From Candidatus Bathyarchaeia archaeon (GTDB lineage: Archaea; Thermoproteota; Bathyarchaeia; Bathyarchaeales; Bathycorpusculaceae), in the NCBI GenBank assembly GCA_050010515.1, contig JBEKKX010000001.1:64627-128626 (forward strand): a stretch of 64,000 bases of DNA, in the 5' to 3' direction. Made by a program: the position numbers and the translations under genes. Position 1 is the first letter of the stretch. Each line of letters starts with the position of its first letter. Positions 8,571 to 17,937 of the stretch are shown in pieces. The notes under the pieces were generated by a model. It saw only the letters and a program-made list of their open reading frames with translations. It did not search any database and was not told where the DNA came from.

Positions 8571-10499
8571 ATGGAAACCGTTAAGTGTATACGATCACCT
8601 AAAGACCTCGAAAAGCTTCGCGAAGAAATCAAGTCCAAGAGAAAACCGAGTAAATCCAGCGTTTCGGTTTGTGTTAGCACAGGCTGTGTTGCGCTTGACG
8701 CTCCGAAGGTTAAGGAAGCTTTCATAGCCGAACTGGAGAAGCAAGGACTAAAAGATCAAGTGGAAATTAAGGAAACAGGATGCTTGGGTTTCTGTGAACA
8801 GGGACCAAGGGTAACGATCTACCCAGAGGAAATCTGTTATTTTAAGGTTAAGCCTGAAGATGTCCCGGAAATTGTTTCTAAAAGCATTCTTGAAAAGAAA
8901 GTTGTGGAACGGTTGCTATACAAAGACCCAGCCACGGGTAAAGGAGTGCAGAAGCTTGAGGACATACCCTTCTACAAATACCAGCTTAGATTGCTTCTGG
9001 AAAATAACGCGAAAATAGACCCAAAGAATATCGAAGATTACATTGCTCTAGGGGGATACAGCGCCCTTGCCAAAGCCCTCTTCGAAATGACGCCTGAACA
9101 GGTGGTTGAGGAAGTTAAAAAGTCAAAACTGCGGGGAAGGGGTGGAGGAGGATTCCTAACGGGGTTAAAGTGGGAAACCACGCGGAACGCACCTGGCGAG
9201 CCTAAGTATGCCATCGTTAACTGTGATGAAGGAGACCCAGGAGCATTTATGGATAGATCTCTGATGGAAGGCAATCCTCATAGTGTGCTTGAAGGTCTCA
9301 TAATAGGCGCGTATGCCATTGGAGCCACTGAAGGCTTTGTTTACGTTAGGGAAGAGTATCCTATAGCTGTAGAAAACATATCCACAGCTATAAAGCAGGC
9401 TGAAGAATACGGGTTGCTCGGCAAAGACATTATTGGCTCAAGTCTAAGCTTTAAGGTTAAGGTTCACAAGGGTGCAGGAGCTTTTGTCTCAGGAGAATCT
9501 AGCGCTCTTATGACAGCAATCGAGGGGAAGGTTGGTGAACCCAGACCCAAATACGTTCACACGGCAGTTAAAGGCCTTTGGGATAAGCCTAGCCTCCTCA
9601 ACAACGTTAAGACGTGGGCTAGCGTCCCTCTAATAGTCCTTAAAGGCGCTGAGTGGTTTAGGAGCATAGGAACCCAAGGCAACAGCGGAACTATGATCTT
9701 CTCCCTCGTTGGGAAAGTTAATAACACAGGTTTAGTTGAGGTGCCTATGGGAATAACTCTTCGGGATTTAATCTTTAAGATAGGTGGAGGCATTAGAGAC
9801 GGCAAGAAGTTTAAAGCTGTTCAGATCGGAGGGCCGTCTGGAGGCTTCATCCCAGAGCAACTCCTCGATATTCCAGTAGACTACGATGAACTTGTAAAAG
9901 TTGGCTCAATGATGGGCTCTGGAGGCATGGTAGTCATGGACGAAGACACCTGCATGGTAGATGTGGCTAGATATTTTGTCGATTTCCTCCTCGAGGAATC
10001 CTGCGGAAAATGTATCCCCTGTCGTGAAGGTTTGAGAGTGCTCTCCAGCATTCTAAGCGATATCTGCGCTGGCAAAGGGAAAAGTGAGGACATACAGACA
10101 ACTGAAGAGATAGCTGAAACAATGAGGGAGACTTTACTCTGCGCATTGGGCAGAACCGCAGCAAATCCTGTCCTCACATCTCTGAAGTATTTCAGAGACG
10201 AATGGGAACAGCACATAATAGAGAAACGTTGCCCAGCTAACGCTTGCAAAGCTCTGATAGATTTTTACATAAATCCAGAGAAATGTCAAGCTTGCCTCCT
10301 TTGCTTAAAGGAATGCCCAGCAGGAGCTATTCAAGGCGACAAGGATCAGGTTCATTGGATTGATCAAGAAAAATGCATAAAATGTGGGACATGCTATGAA
10401 ATTTGCAATTTCCATGCGGTAAAAAAGCTTTCGGGAGAGCCTATTCCACCTCCACCAGAAGGAATGAAACCAATTCGAAAATTGAAAGGAGAGAACTAG
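8571..10499 (+). CDS. NuoF/HydB-like NAD(P)H-binding FMN subunit (long form)
   Basis: 642 aa; N-terminal thioredoxin-like 2Fe-2S, LRGRGGGGF, NCDEGDPGAFMDR, GGPSGG, ESCGKCIPCREG, C-terminal 2x[4Fe-4S]. Confidence 0.95.
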   Translation: METVKCIRSPKDLEKLREEIKSKRKPSKSSVSVCVSTGCVALDAPKVKEAFIAELEKQGLKDQVEIKETGCLGFCEQGPRVTIYPEEICYFKVKPEDVPEIVSKSILEKKVVERLLYKDPATGKGVQKLEDIPFYKYQLRLLLENNAKIDPKNIEDYIALGGYSALAKALFEMTPEQVVEEVKKSKLRGRGGGGFLTGLKWETTRNAPGEPKYAIVNCDEGDPGAFMDRSLMEGNPHSVLEGLIIGAYAIGATEGFVYVREEYPIAVENISTAIKQAEEYGLLGKDIIGSSLSFKVKVHKGAGAFVSGESSALMTAIEGKVGEPRPKYVHTAVKGLWDKPSLLNNVKTWASVPLIVLKGAEWFRSIGTQGNSGTMIFSLVGKVNNTGLVEVPMGITLRDLIFKIGGGIRDGKKFKAVQIGGPSGGFIPEQLLDIPVDYDELVKVGSMMGSGGMVVMDEDTCMVDVARYFVDFLLEESCGKCIPCREGLRVLSSILSDICAGKGKSEDIQTTEEIAETMRETLLCALGRTAANPVLTSLKYFRDEWEQHIIEKRCPANACKALIDFYINPEKCQACLLCLKECPAGAIQGDKDQVHWIDQEKCIKCGTCYEICNFHAVKKLSGEPIPPPPEGMKPIRKLKGEN

Positions 10500-10500
10500 A

Positions 10501-11127
10501 ATGAAGAAAGTCATTACTTTACAGATTGATGATAAAGAGGTTAAGGCAGAGGAAGGAAAAACCATTTTAGAGGCAGCGCAACATGCAGGTATGGAAATCC
10601 CAACCCTATGCTGGTATGAAGGACTGGAACCCTACGGTGCCTGTCGATTTTGCAGTGTAGAAATCGAAAAAAAAGGAAGGGCTCAAGTGGTAGCTTCATG
10701 TTGCTATCCAGCGGAGGAGGGGTTAAAGGTAAAAACCAGATCTCCCAAAATCGTTAAAATAAGAAAGACCATACTAGAATTAGCTGCCACATCTGCGGGA
10801 GAAGATGTCAGTAGCAAAATGAGGGCGTTGGCCAGCGAATATAACGCGGATTTATCTCGATTCAGGTCAAACGCACCATTGTCCCCAACAAAATGCATCC
10901 TTTGCGGACTATGTGTACGTCGTTGTATTGAAGCAAATTGGGAAAGCGCTATAGGATTCACTGGTAGAGGAATATACCGATGCATTGCACTTTTCCCAGA
11001 AAAGGCAGGCCTCTGCTCGACATGTAGTTATTGCCGTGACGTATGCCCCACTGGCAGAACTTGTTCCACATTTGGTCCTCGTCCTCCTTTCCCTCGAATT
11101 AACGATGTCCTCGCAGGGAGAAAATGA
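10501..11127 (+). CDS. Short NuoG/HydA-N-terminal-like Fe-S subunit without catalytic domain
   Basis: 208 aa; IPTLC...GACRFC...ASC [2Fe-2S], plus CILCGLCVRRC and CSTCSYCRDVCP. Confidence 0.88.
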   Translation: MKKVITLQIDDKEVKAEEGKTILEAAQHAGMEIPTLCWYEGLEPYGACRFCSVEIEKKGRAQVVASCCYPAEEGLKVKTRSPKIVKIRKTILELAATSAGEDVSSKMRALASEYNADLSRFRSNAPLSPTKCILCGLCVRRCIEANWESAIGFTGRGIYRCIALFPEKAGLCSTCSYCRDVCPTGRTCSTFGPRPPFPRINDVLAGRK

Positions 11128-11146
11128 AGCATGAAACCTCTCGGGC

Positions 11147-11189
11147 TACATCAATCATGGTCAGCCTGACCTTCAATTTTATTGATGTA
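11147..11189. terminator. Hairpin between convergent genes
   Basis: tacatcaat...attgatgta 9-bp arms enclosing ggtca-gcc-tgacc. Confidence 0.35.
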
Positions 11190-11964
11190 TGTAACCCGTT
11201 GCCCTCATTATCGCTTTAACAGAAAGATACGCGGCGTTGTCAGAAGGCAAGTCAAGCAGCGACTTCCCGTTAAGAACATAATCATCTAACTGTTCATCCT
11301 CAGCGATTTTTCCCAAAAACTTGAACTTCAAATCAGCTTCAGCCTGTTTGCCTAGTTCTAGTGGAAAACGGTAGCCGCCTATCAAATAGAAGTTATCAAA
11401 CTTCATGTCAACTTCTTTAGTTATTCTGACAGCTCGTTTCACATGGTCAAAAGATTTCTTTGAATGATCAAGAATATCGAATATATCGTTAACATTCGAA
11501 GTAATACGCCTATTCAGGTTTTCAAGTCCGGCTGGAGAGTCAATAAGTATGTACATGTAATTTTTAGTTAACGATTCTAAAGCACCTTTTAACGCAGCGT
11601 TTGGCATGCAATAGCAACCTTCAACCCATTTAGTGCCGACTGCAAGGAAGTCAAAATTTTTACTTTCATACAAGCCATTTTCCCAAATCCTGCTTTCAAT
11701 ACGCTCTGTTGGAGGAACGCCGACTGTGGTGCCTCCTTGCTCAATGAACGTGCTGACAAGCAACTCTGAAATGGTTGATTTTCCAGCCTCTTTAAGGTCT
11801 ATTCCAAGCATTTCAGCAAGATTCTGGTCAGGGTCAGCATCAACCAGCAGCAAAGGCGCTTGCCCAGCTTCGATAAAGGATTTAGTCATTAGAGCCGTGA
11901 AACTGGATTTTCCTGTTCCGCCACGACCAATAGTTACCAGAGTTTTCATTTTGGTAAACCTCAA
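11179..11964 (-). CDS. cooC: CooC/AcsF-type nickel-insertion ATPase (paralogue 2)
   Basis: GRGGTGKS, VDADP, GCYC metal motif, DSPAGLE. Confidence 0.88.
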   Translation of the reverse strand: MRFTKMKTLVTIGRGGTGKSSFTALMTKSFIEAGQAPLLLVDADPDQNLAEMLGIDLKEAGKSTISELLVSTFIEQGGTTVGVPPTERIESRIWENGLYESKNFDFLAVGTKWVEGCYCMPNAALKGALESLTKNYMYILIDSPAGLENLNRRITSNVNDIFDILDHSKKSFDHVKRAVRITKEVDMKFDNFYLIGGYRFPLELGKQAEADLKFKFLGKIAEDEQLDDYVLNGKSLLDLPSDNAAYLSVKAIMRATGYIHQ

Positions 11965-12749
11965 GATGCTATTGCTTTTTTCTTAAGCAAAAGCTCGCAT
12001 ATATTATCTATGGTTTTAACTGCTGAGATTTCCTTGTTTTTAAGGGGCGTTTCACCAAGCATATCAGCTTCGACAATTTTCTGGTCAAAGGGCACAAAGG
12101 TGAGCAGGGACAAACCGTTTTTTTCAGCAAAACTGCGTATAGCTTCCCTCTGAACATCGTTCATGACCCTGTTTCCTATGAGGTAGAGTTGCTTCATCCC
12201 AGCGGCTTTAGCCATGTCATGTATATGCTTGGCGATTTCCAGCGATTTCAAGTTTGAATCAGCAACAATGAGCAATGCATCCACTTGTCTGGCTGTGCCT
12301 CTGCCAATATTCTCAACGCCAGCCTCCAAATCCAAAACAACCGCCTCGTCACGTTCCACAACCAGATGTCTAAGCAAAGCGCGGATGACAGCGTTTGGAG
12401 CACACATGCATCCTGCACCCATCGAATGCACTGTACCCATAACAATCAAATTCACGCCAAGCGGAGTGCTGACCGAGTAGTCACGGACGATGTCGTCAAC
12501 GGTGAATTGTAAACGGTAAACTCCAGAGTAACCAGTGCTTGTTTTAGATTCAACAAGAACCTTATTCTCTGAAATAGGCACAATTTTGCGACTTTCCTCA
12601 GTGGATAAGCCTAAAGTCAAACCGAGATTTGGAGAGGAATCTGCATCAATCGCTATAGTTTTCAATCCACGCTCAGCAAAACCGCGGGCTAGGCCGCCTG
12701 CAATCAGGGTTTTACCGACACCGCCTTTACCAGAAACAGCAACTTTCAT
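11961..12749 (-). CDS. cooC: CooC/AcsF-type nickel-insertion ATPase (paralogue 1)
   Basis: GKGGVGKT, IDADS, GCMC, DLEAGVE; 4-nt overlap with the next gene. Confidence 0.92.
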   Translation of the reverse strand: MKVAVSGKGGVGKTLIAGGLARGFAERGLKTIAIDADSSPNLGLTLGLSTEESRKIVPISENKVLVESKTSTGYSGVYRLQFTVDDIVRDYSVSTPLGVNLIVMGTVHSMGAGCMCAPNAVIRALLRHLVVERDEAVVLDLEAGVENIGRGTARQVDALLIVADSNLKSLEIAKHIHDMAKAAGMKQLYLIGNRVMNDVQREAIRSFAEKNGLSLLTFVPFDQKIVEADMLGETPLKNKEISAVKTIDNICELLLKKKAIAS

Positions 12750-12840
12750 GATCCCACAGCTAAAACAATTCCCGCTCTAAGGTTAATTTACGTTTCCTTG
12801 CAAATTGAGAGAGAATGAAAACACTTAACCAAGGAACGCT

Positions 12841-13305
12841 CTACTGCTTTTGTTCAAGCAAAGTTCTTCTGGGAAGAAAGCCAAACCGTGAATAAAACCC
12901 GTAAGCCTGCTCGTTGCCAACAGCGACTGAAACAATCTTCTTTTTCACCCCTTTACTGTTTAACCACTCCAGCGCTTTTTCCATTAATGCTCTGCCGATG
13001 CCCTGCCCCCTATATTGTGGATTGACAAAAATGGAATCAATCTCACCCGTCACCAAGTTATCAATGCTGCTTACGCAGTACCCGATGAGCTTACCTGAAG
13101 AATCCAAAGCAAGATCAACTCTGACGTCTCCGCCCAAAGATCTCTGCAAAATAGCTCGCTTCCTATCTTGAAACGTCAAAGTTAGATAGTAGTCTTTGAA
13201 ATAGGGCGACAAGCTGAGATGTTGCTGGTTCAACTCTTCCCATAGTGGCTTAATTCTATCTATCAAGCTTACGTTTCCAGAAATATAAGTAGTGTTAACC
13301 ATCAA
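12841..13305 (-). CDS. GNAT family N-acetyltransferase
   Basis: VNPQYRGQGIG acetyl-CoA motif; NEQAYGFYSRFGF. Confidence 0.9.
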   Translation of the reverse strand: MMVNTTYISGNVSLIDRIKPLWEELNQQHLSLSPYFKDYYLTLTFQDRKRAILQRSLGGDVRVDLALDSSGKLIGYCVSSIDNLVTGEIDSIFVNPQYRGQGIGRALMEKALEWLNSKGVKKKIVSVAVGNEQAYGFYSRFGFLPRRTLLEQKQ

Positions 13306-13617
13306 ATACCCCGCATTTGTAGATAAGCATGTTTTCAGCCTTCTGGATAAAAAATTTTACTAAATAAATGATCTTAAATCCAAATTAAACCACTACAAAA
13401 AACGGAGGACCATTTTTTTCATTACTCAAAACAGGAACGGACGTATAGCACCAGCCTCCTCCTTTGCGTAGTTCTGCTTTCACACTGTCAGCTGTGCGAT
13501 TTTACCTTAGCGCAAAATTTTTTCTTTAGTTTGTGCTTCCCATGAGCGCAAAAGAATAGTCGTCATAGAGCAAAGATGAAACTTTCAAGATTGCTAGCAT
13601 TTAATGTTTATATATAA

Positions 13618-14700
13618 TTGGTCGATTATGCTACCGCCATGAGCTCCAAAAAATTTGGCTTTGAGGACTCCCTTTTAACTGAAGTTGTTCAAACCGGAAA
13701 ATGTGCAAGTTGCGGCACGTGCGTCGTCGTCTGCCCATTCGGTAGCCTTGAACTTGCCAAGGGAAAACCCAATTTGGTGAAAGAATGCAAGGTCTGCGGC
13801 ATATGCGCTCAAGCCTGCCCCAGATACAGTTGGGATGTGGCGAAAGCAGAGAACTTTGTTTTCGGCAGGGTAAGAAAACCTGAAGAGGAATTCGGAGTTT
13901 TCCGCAGAATAGCTATAGCCCAAGCAAAACCCAGTGACATTCAGAAGGTTCGCCAAGACGGAGGAGCTGCCACCGCAATGCTGGTAGCTGCTCTGCAGAA
14001 CGGACTAATCGACGGAGCCGTCGTTTCAGGAAAAAGCCAAGAAAAACCCTTCCTTCCGGTCCCGATTCTCGCCACGACGCCTCAGAAAATCGTCGAGGCA
14101 GCAGGGACAAAATACTCCTTTTCCTCTGCGCTTCTCGGCTTGCCCGAAGTGATTAGGCAGAAAAAGACTCAAATCGCGTTCGTAGGTACACCCTGCCAAA
14201 TTCACGCGGTAAGAAAGATGCAGATGACCGGCGTGAAAAAGTTCAGTGCGCCAATCAAGTACCTTGTGGGGCTCATGTGTTCAGAATGCTTCGATTACGA
14301 AGGGCTCATGGAAACCCACATAAAAGGCAAACTCGGCATTAACCTGAACGATATTACAAAAATGAACATTAAAGGAAAAATGCTCGTAACGACGTCCGCA
14401 GGAATTACAGCTATTCCCCTTGCAGACATAAAACCGTACGTTAGAAAAAGCTGCAGCGTATGCGAAGACTTCAGCTCCGAACTCGCAGACATCTCAGTCG
14501 GCGGACTGGGACTTGACGGCTGGACATTCACGATTATCCGAACAGAAAAAGGCGAAGAACTATTTACAAACGCCGAAAAAACAGGATTCTTGGAATCAAA
14601 GCCGCTGGAGCAAGGAGCCTTCTCGAAGGGGTTACTGCTTAAGCTTTCAAAGAAAAAACGCGATACAGCCGCAGCCGCTCAAGCTCAGCCAAAGCAATAA
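13618..14700 (+). CDS. FrhB/FdhB/FpoF-family F420-binding subunit with N-terminal 2x[4Fe-4S]
   Basis: CASCGTC/CKVCGIC, QDGGAAT, AGTKYS, VGTPCQ, GLMCSE, CSVCEDF...ADISVGG. Confidence 0.9.
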   Translation: MVDYATAMSSKKFGFEDSLLTEVVQTGKCASCGTCVVVCPFGSLELAKGKPNLVKECKVCGICAQACPRYSWDVAKAENFVFGRVRKPEEEFGVFRRIAIAQAKPSDIQKVRQDGGAATAMLVAALQNGLIDGAVVSGKSQEKPFLPVPILATTPQKIVEAAGTKYSFSSALLGLPEVIRQKKTQIAFVGTPCQIHAVRKMQMTGVKKFSAPIKYLVGLMCSECFDYEGLMETHIKGKLGINLNDITKMNIKGKMLVTTSAGITAIPLADIKPYVRKSCSVCEDFSSELADISVGGLGLDGWTFTIIRTEKGEELFTNAEKTGFLESKPLEQGAFSKGLLLKLSKKKRDTAAAAQAQPKQ

Positions 14701-14812
14701 ACATCGAAAATTTCAAGAAGCTTCCTTTTTCCTCGCATCTTTAAGGACCTTTTACGTTTAGCGCGTATATAATCGGGCGTATATCATGATTCTGACCACG
14801 TGACTGCTGGGT

Positions 14813-15463
14813 TCAGTGGCGATTGCCTATCTTGAATTGCTCTAGAACTCTTCGACAAGCAGTGTTGCCTTCTGTTTTGAACAGTTTGTCTAAGTCTTCG
14901 ACAGAATCTATGTCCGTAGCCACGCCTGTTGAATGATGAAGCTTCAAGCAGACTCCTCTTCTGTGTGCCTCTTTGACGTGCTTTGCGAAGCTTCTTGGTC
15001 CAAAACACGCCTGAATCAAGTTCGGTGGACTCTGAAAAAGAGCGTTCGTGCCACCATCGTAAGAGCGAGACAATACTACGGTTTGCTCTTCGCAGTTTCC
15101 TAACTCAACTATCTTGTCCACATCCATGGAAGACAGCAACGGGATGTCGGCTGGCAGTATGAGCACGGCTTCTGCCCCATTCTGCATGCACCATTCAGTC
15201 GCCTCTTCGACCGCGGGGTTCAGACCACTGGTTTTCTGGACAAGGTGTGTAGCACGATATTTGTTTGTAAAATTCCTCAGTGAAAAATCGTTGCTAACGA
15301 CGACAATTTCGTTAACAGTCGAGGTCTGCAGTGCATTTAAAACGTCTTCCAGCATAGCCAGCGTCAATTGTCTACGTTCCTGCGGACTTAGAACTGAAGA
15401 AAGACGCTTCTTTGAGGTGCCTAAGCCCTTGACGATTACAACCGCGTAAACAAACATGTCCAA
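14813..15463 (-). CDS. cofC: 2-phospho-L-lactate/PEP guanylyltransferase (F420 biosynthesis)
   Basis: SKKRLS..L, AMLEDV, GLN, PADIP, GGTNAL, FGPRSF, DID. Confidence 0.93.
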   Translation of the reverse strand: MDMFVYAVVIVKGLGTSKKRLSSVLSPQERRQLTLAMLEDVLNALQTSTVNEIVVVSNDFSLRNFTNKYRATHLVQKTSGLNPAVEEATEWCMQNGAEAVLILPADIPLLSSMDVDKIVELGNCEEQTVVLSRSYDGGTNALFQSPPNLIQACFGPRSFAKHVKEAHRRGVCLKLHHSTGVATDIDSVEDLDKLFKTEGNTACRRVLEQFKIGNRH

Positions 15464-15679
15464 GCCGCCAGATACGTTGCATCGTGGACAACGAAGCTGG
15501 TATTATTGAATTGTTTGTTGTAGCCTAAAAATTTTTAGATGTACGCCTTAAAGGCTCAAAGTCAACATGTATGTTAACGCAAAATAATTTGTCTTCATTT
15601 TATATAGAGCAAACCAGCTTGGTATGCAAAAGATTTTTTAATCCAAACCTAGTTAGGCTTTAGCCGAGATGACATCTCT

Positions 15680-16405
15680 GTGAAAATACTAAATGAGTTT
15701 GTTCCCACACGCAAATTTTTAAAGCTTGCAGATGAAATTAAAGATCTAGTTGATGGATGGAACGTTACTGATAGTGCTGCTGGTTTTCCAGCTCCAAGCG
15801 GTACAGTTGTAAGTTGCGTCCTCAAATCTAAATATCCTGAGAAAATAATTGTACCAATATTTATACTGCACTATAAAGGACCGGTCGAAGTAGGAGGTTT
15901 AGCATTAGCTGCAGACGTTATAGGTCTCGACGGTTTGGCAGTTACCATGGGCGACAAACCCAAGTACGGAGAGCCCATAAAAATGTTGGCGTCCTCTGAG
16001 GAAGCCCGAGACTTCATACGTAACACGGTGAAAACTAAGAACCTAAAGCTAGGCTGTTTACTGACAGCACGGCGATCTGTGGAGGAAACCCTTGCCCGTG
16101 TGAGAGAGCCATGGGACTTTATCTATTTCATGAGGCTAGAAGACAAATCCTTCCCAATCCTAGAGCAAGTAGCAGCAGAATGCAAGAAACTAAACAAGCC
16201 AATCTACGCATACTTCCTAGTTGGAACAGCCAAAAACGTAGAAACAGTTAAAATGATTGGGTGGCCAACCGCCGCAACCATGGATACAGTTGAAGAAAAA
16301 GCAGCAAAGCTCAATGGCCTCGTAGACGGCATAATTGCAACCTGTGCTGGAGACGCCGAAGGCGACAAAGAGATGCTACGAAAGCTCCAAAAGTTCAGGA
16401 GCTAA
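15680..16405 (+). CDS. MetF-like (methylenetetrahydrofolate reductase family) protein, short divergent form
   Basis: 241 aa; N-terminal E..P, NVTDS.AG.P and TMGD.P motifs of the MTHFR barrel. Confidence 0.65.
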   Translation: MKILNEFVPTRKFLKLADEIKDLVDGWNVTDSAAGFPAPSGTVVSCVLKSKYPEKIIVPIFILHYKGPVEVGGLALAADVIGLDGLAVTMGDKPKYGEPIKMLASSEEARDFIRNTVKTKNLKLGCLLTARRSVEETLARVREPWDFIYFMRLEDKSFPILEQVAAECKKLNKPIYAYFLVGTAKNVETVKMIGWPTAATMDTVEEKAAKLNGLVDGIIATCAGDAEGDKEMLRKLQKFRS

Positions 16406-16551
16406 GACAGCTAATCAATGCAAAAATGCATCCTTAACTGTCTTTTCATCTTGTTTCTTTCTAATTCTTTTTTCGTTTTTTCATGATGCTTAAGCTTTTT
16501 TCGTTTAAGGTGATGGCAGCCTCATTTTCTTTTAGGCAGAACGAAAGATTA

Positions 16552-16617
16552 TTAGTTGATCAGAAATGGTTCCAACTTCTCAGCGGGAACTAACTCAACT
16601 AATTTAGGATAATCCAT
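16552..16617 (-). pseudogene. 21-aa sORF or decayed gene start (MDYPKLVELVPAEKLEPFLIN)
   Basis: AGGAGTGA RBS precedes ATG 16617; the frame closes quickly and downstream sequence has several stops. Confidence 0.3.
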
Positions 16618-16783
16618 TCTTGGTTCACTCCTAAACGAACAGATATTACTTGATTGCTTGAAAAAGCATGTCGTAATGTATTTTCAAAAAGCTGGCTTGT
16701 ACGCCGCTTTTGGCTTTAAATGCAGATAAGCTTTAAAGTGAATGTGCATATGTAGCCACCTATTATTCATTGAGGACATAAGC

Positions 16784-17542
16784 ATGGAACCGGTAAAAGT
16801 AATTGCAGTTGAAGGTTTACCGTTAATACAGAAAGGGAACAATATAGCTGAACTAATAGTTAATGCTGCAAAAAAGCAGAAAACACCCATACAAGATAAG
16901 GACGTAATCGTTGTCACTCACGTAGCCGTTTCAAAAGCGGAAGGAAACATAATCAACCTTGACGAAATCACACCTTCAAAGAAGGCAAAGGAAATAGCGC
17001 AACAAACAAACAAAGACCCTGCCCTAGTTGAGGTTATTCTCAGAGAAACCAAAGAAATAGTTCGAATAGGCCAAAACAGCATCATAACAGAAACCAAAAG
17101 TGGAGTAATTTGTGCTAATGCCGGAGTAGACAGGTCTAACGTTTCGGGCGACAGAAACGTTGTGCCACTGCCAAAAAACCCAAACGCTTCTGCACAAAAC
17201 ATAAGACAAGAAATAAAACAGTTAACAGGCGCCAACGTTGCAGTAATCGTCTCTGATACGCATGGAAGACCCTTCCGCATGGGTGAAATAAACGTGGCAG
17301 TTGGCGTAGCAGGAATCAAGCCTATTAGAGACAGACGAGGCGAAAAAGACCTCTTTGGATATGTTCTTCGAATAAAACAAACCGCGATCGCCGACGAATT
17401 ATCCTCAGCAGCGGAACTTATGATTGGTCAATCGAATGAAGGAATACCAGCTGCCATTATCCGAGGGTACAATTACCAAACAACTGAAGATGTATCAGCT
17501 ACCGAACTCACTAGACCAAAAGAAAAAGACCTCTTCAGATAA
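16784..17542 (+). CDS. cofE: Coenzyme F420-0:L-glutamate ligase
   Basis: VSKAEG, ANAGVDRSN, SDTHGRPFR, DLFGYVL, ADEL; ATG 16784 preferred over 16742. Confidence 0.95.
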   Translation: MEPVKVIAVEGLPLIQKGNNIAELIVNAAKKQKTPIQDKDVIVVTHVAVSKAEGNIINLDEITPSKKAKEIAQQTNKDPALVEVILRETKEIVRIGQNSIITETKSGVICANAGVDRSNVSGDRNVVPLPKNPNASAQNIRQEIKQLTGANVAVIVSDTHGRPFRMGEINVAVGVAGIKPIRDRRGEKDLFGYVLRIKQTAIADELSSAAELMIGQSNEGIPAAIIRGYNYQTTEDVSATELTRPKEKDLFR

Positions 17543-17596
17543 GTCATTCAATAAGGTTCAATAATCTAACCTCTTGTAAAATACGAGATACATGAG

Positions 17597-17935
17597 TTGA
17601 AAATGATGAAAGCTAAAACGCCTAAGGAATTCTTTGAAAAAATGTTACCAGTCAGATTTAAGCCTGATAAATCAGTAGGCATTGATGTTGTAGCTCAATT
17701 AAACTTAACTGGTGCAAAAGGAGGCGACTGGGTCGTCATCATAAGAGACCAAAAATTGCAGGTTAGAGAAGGAACTATTCCTTCGCCCACGTTGACGTTG
17801 AAGATGGTAGAAAACGATTTCATGGATATTGTAAACGATAAATTAAGTACAGAAAAAGCTTTTTTCACGGGCAAAATTAATTTTGAAGGAAACCTGAGTT
17901 TGGCGTTAAAATTAAAGGATGCAGGCTTTCTTTAA
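17597..17935 (+). CDS. SCP2 sterol/lipid-binding domain protein
   Basis: AFFTGKINFEGNLSLALKL signature. Confidence 0.85.
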   Translation: MKMMKAKTPKEFFEKMLPVRFKPDKSVGIDVVAQLNLTGAKGGDWVVIIRDQKLQVREGTIPSPTLTLKMVENDFMDIVNDKLSTEKAFFTGKINFEGNLSLALKLKDAGFL

Positions 17936-17937
17936 GA

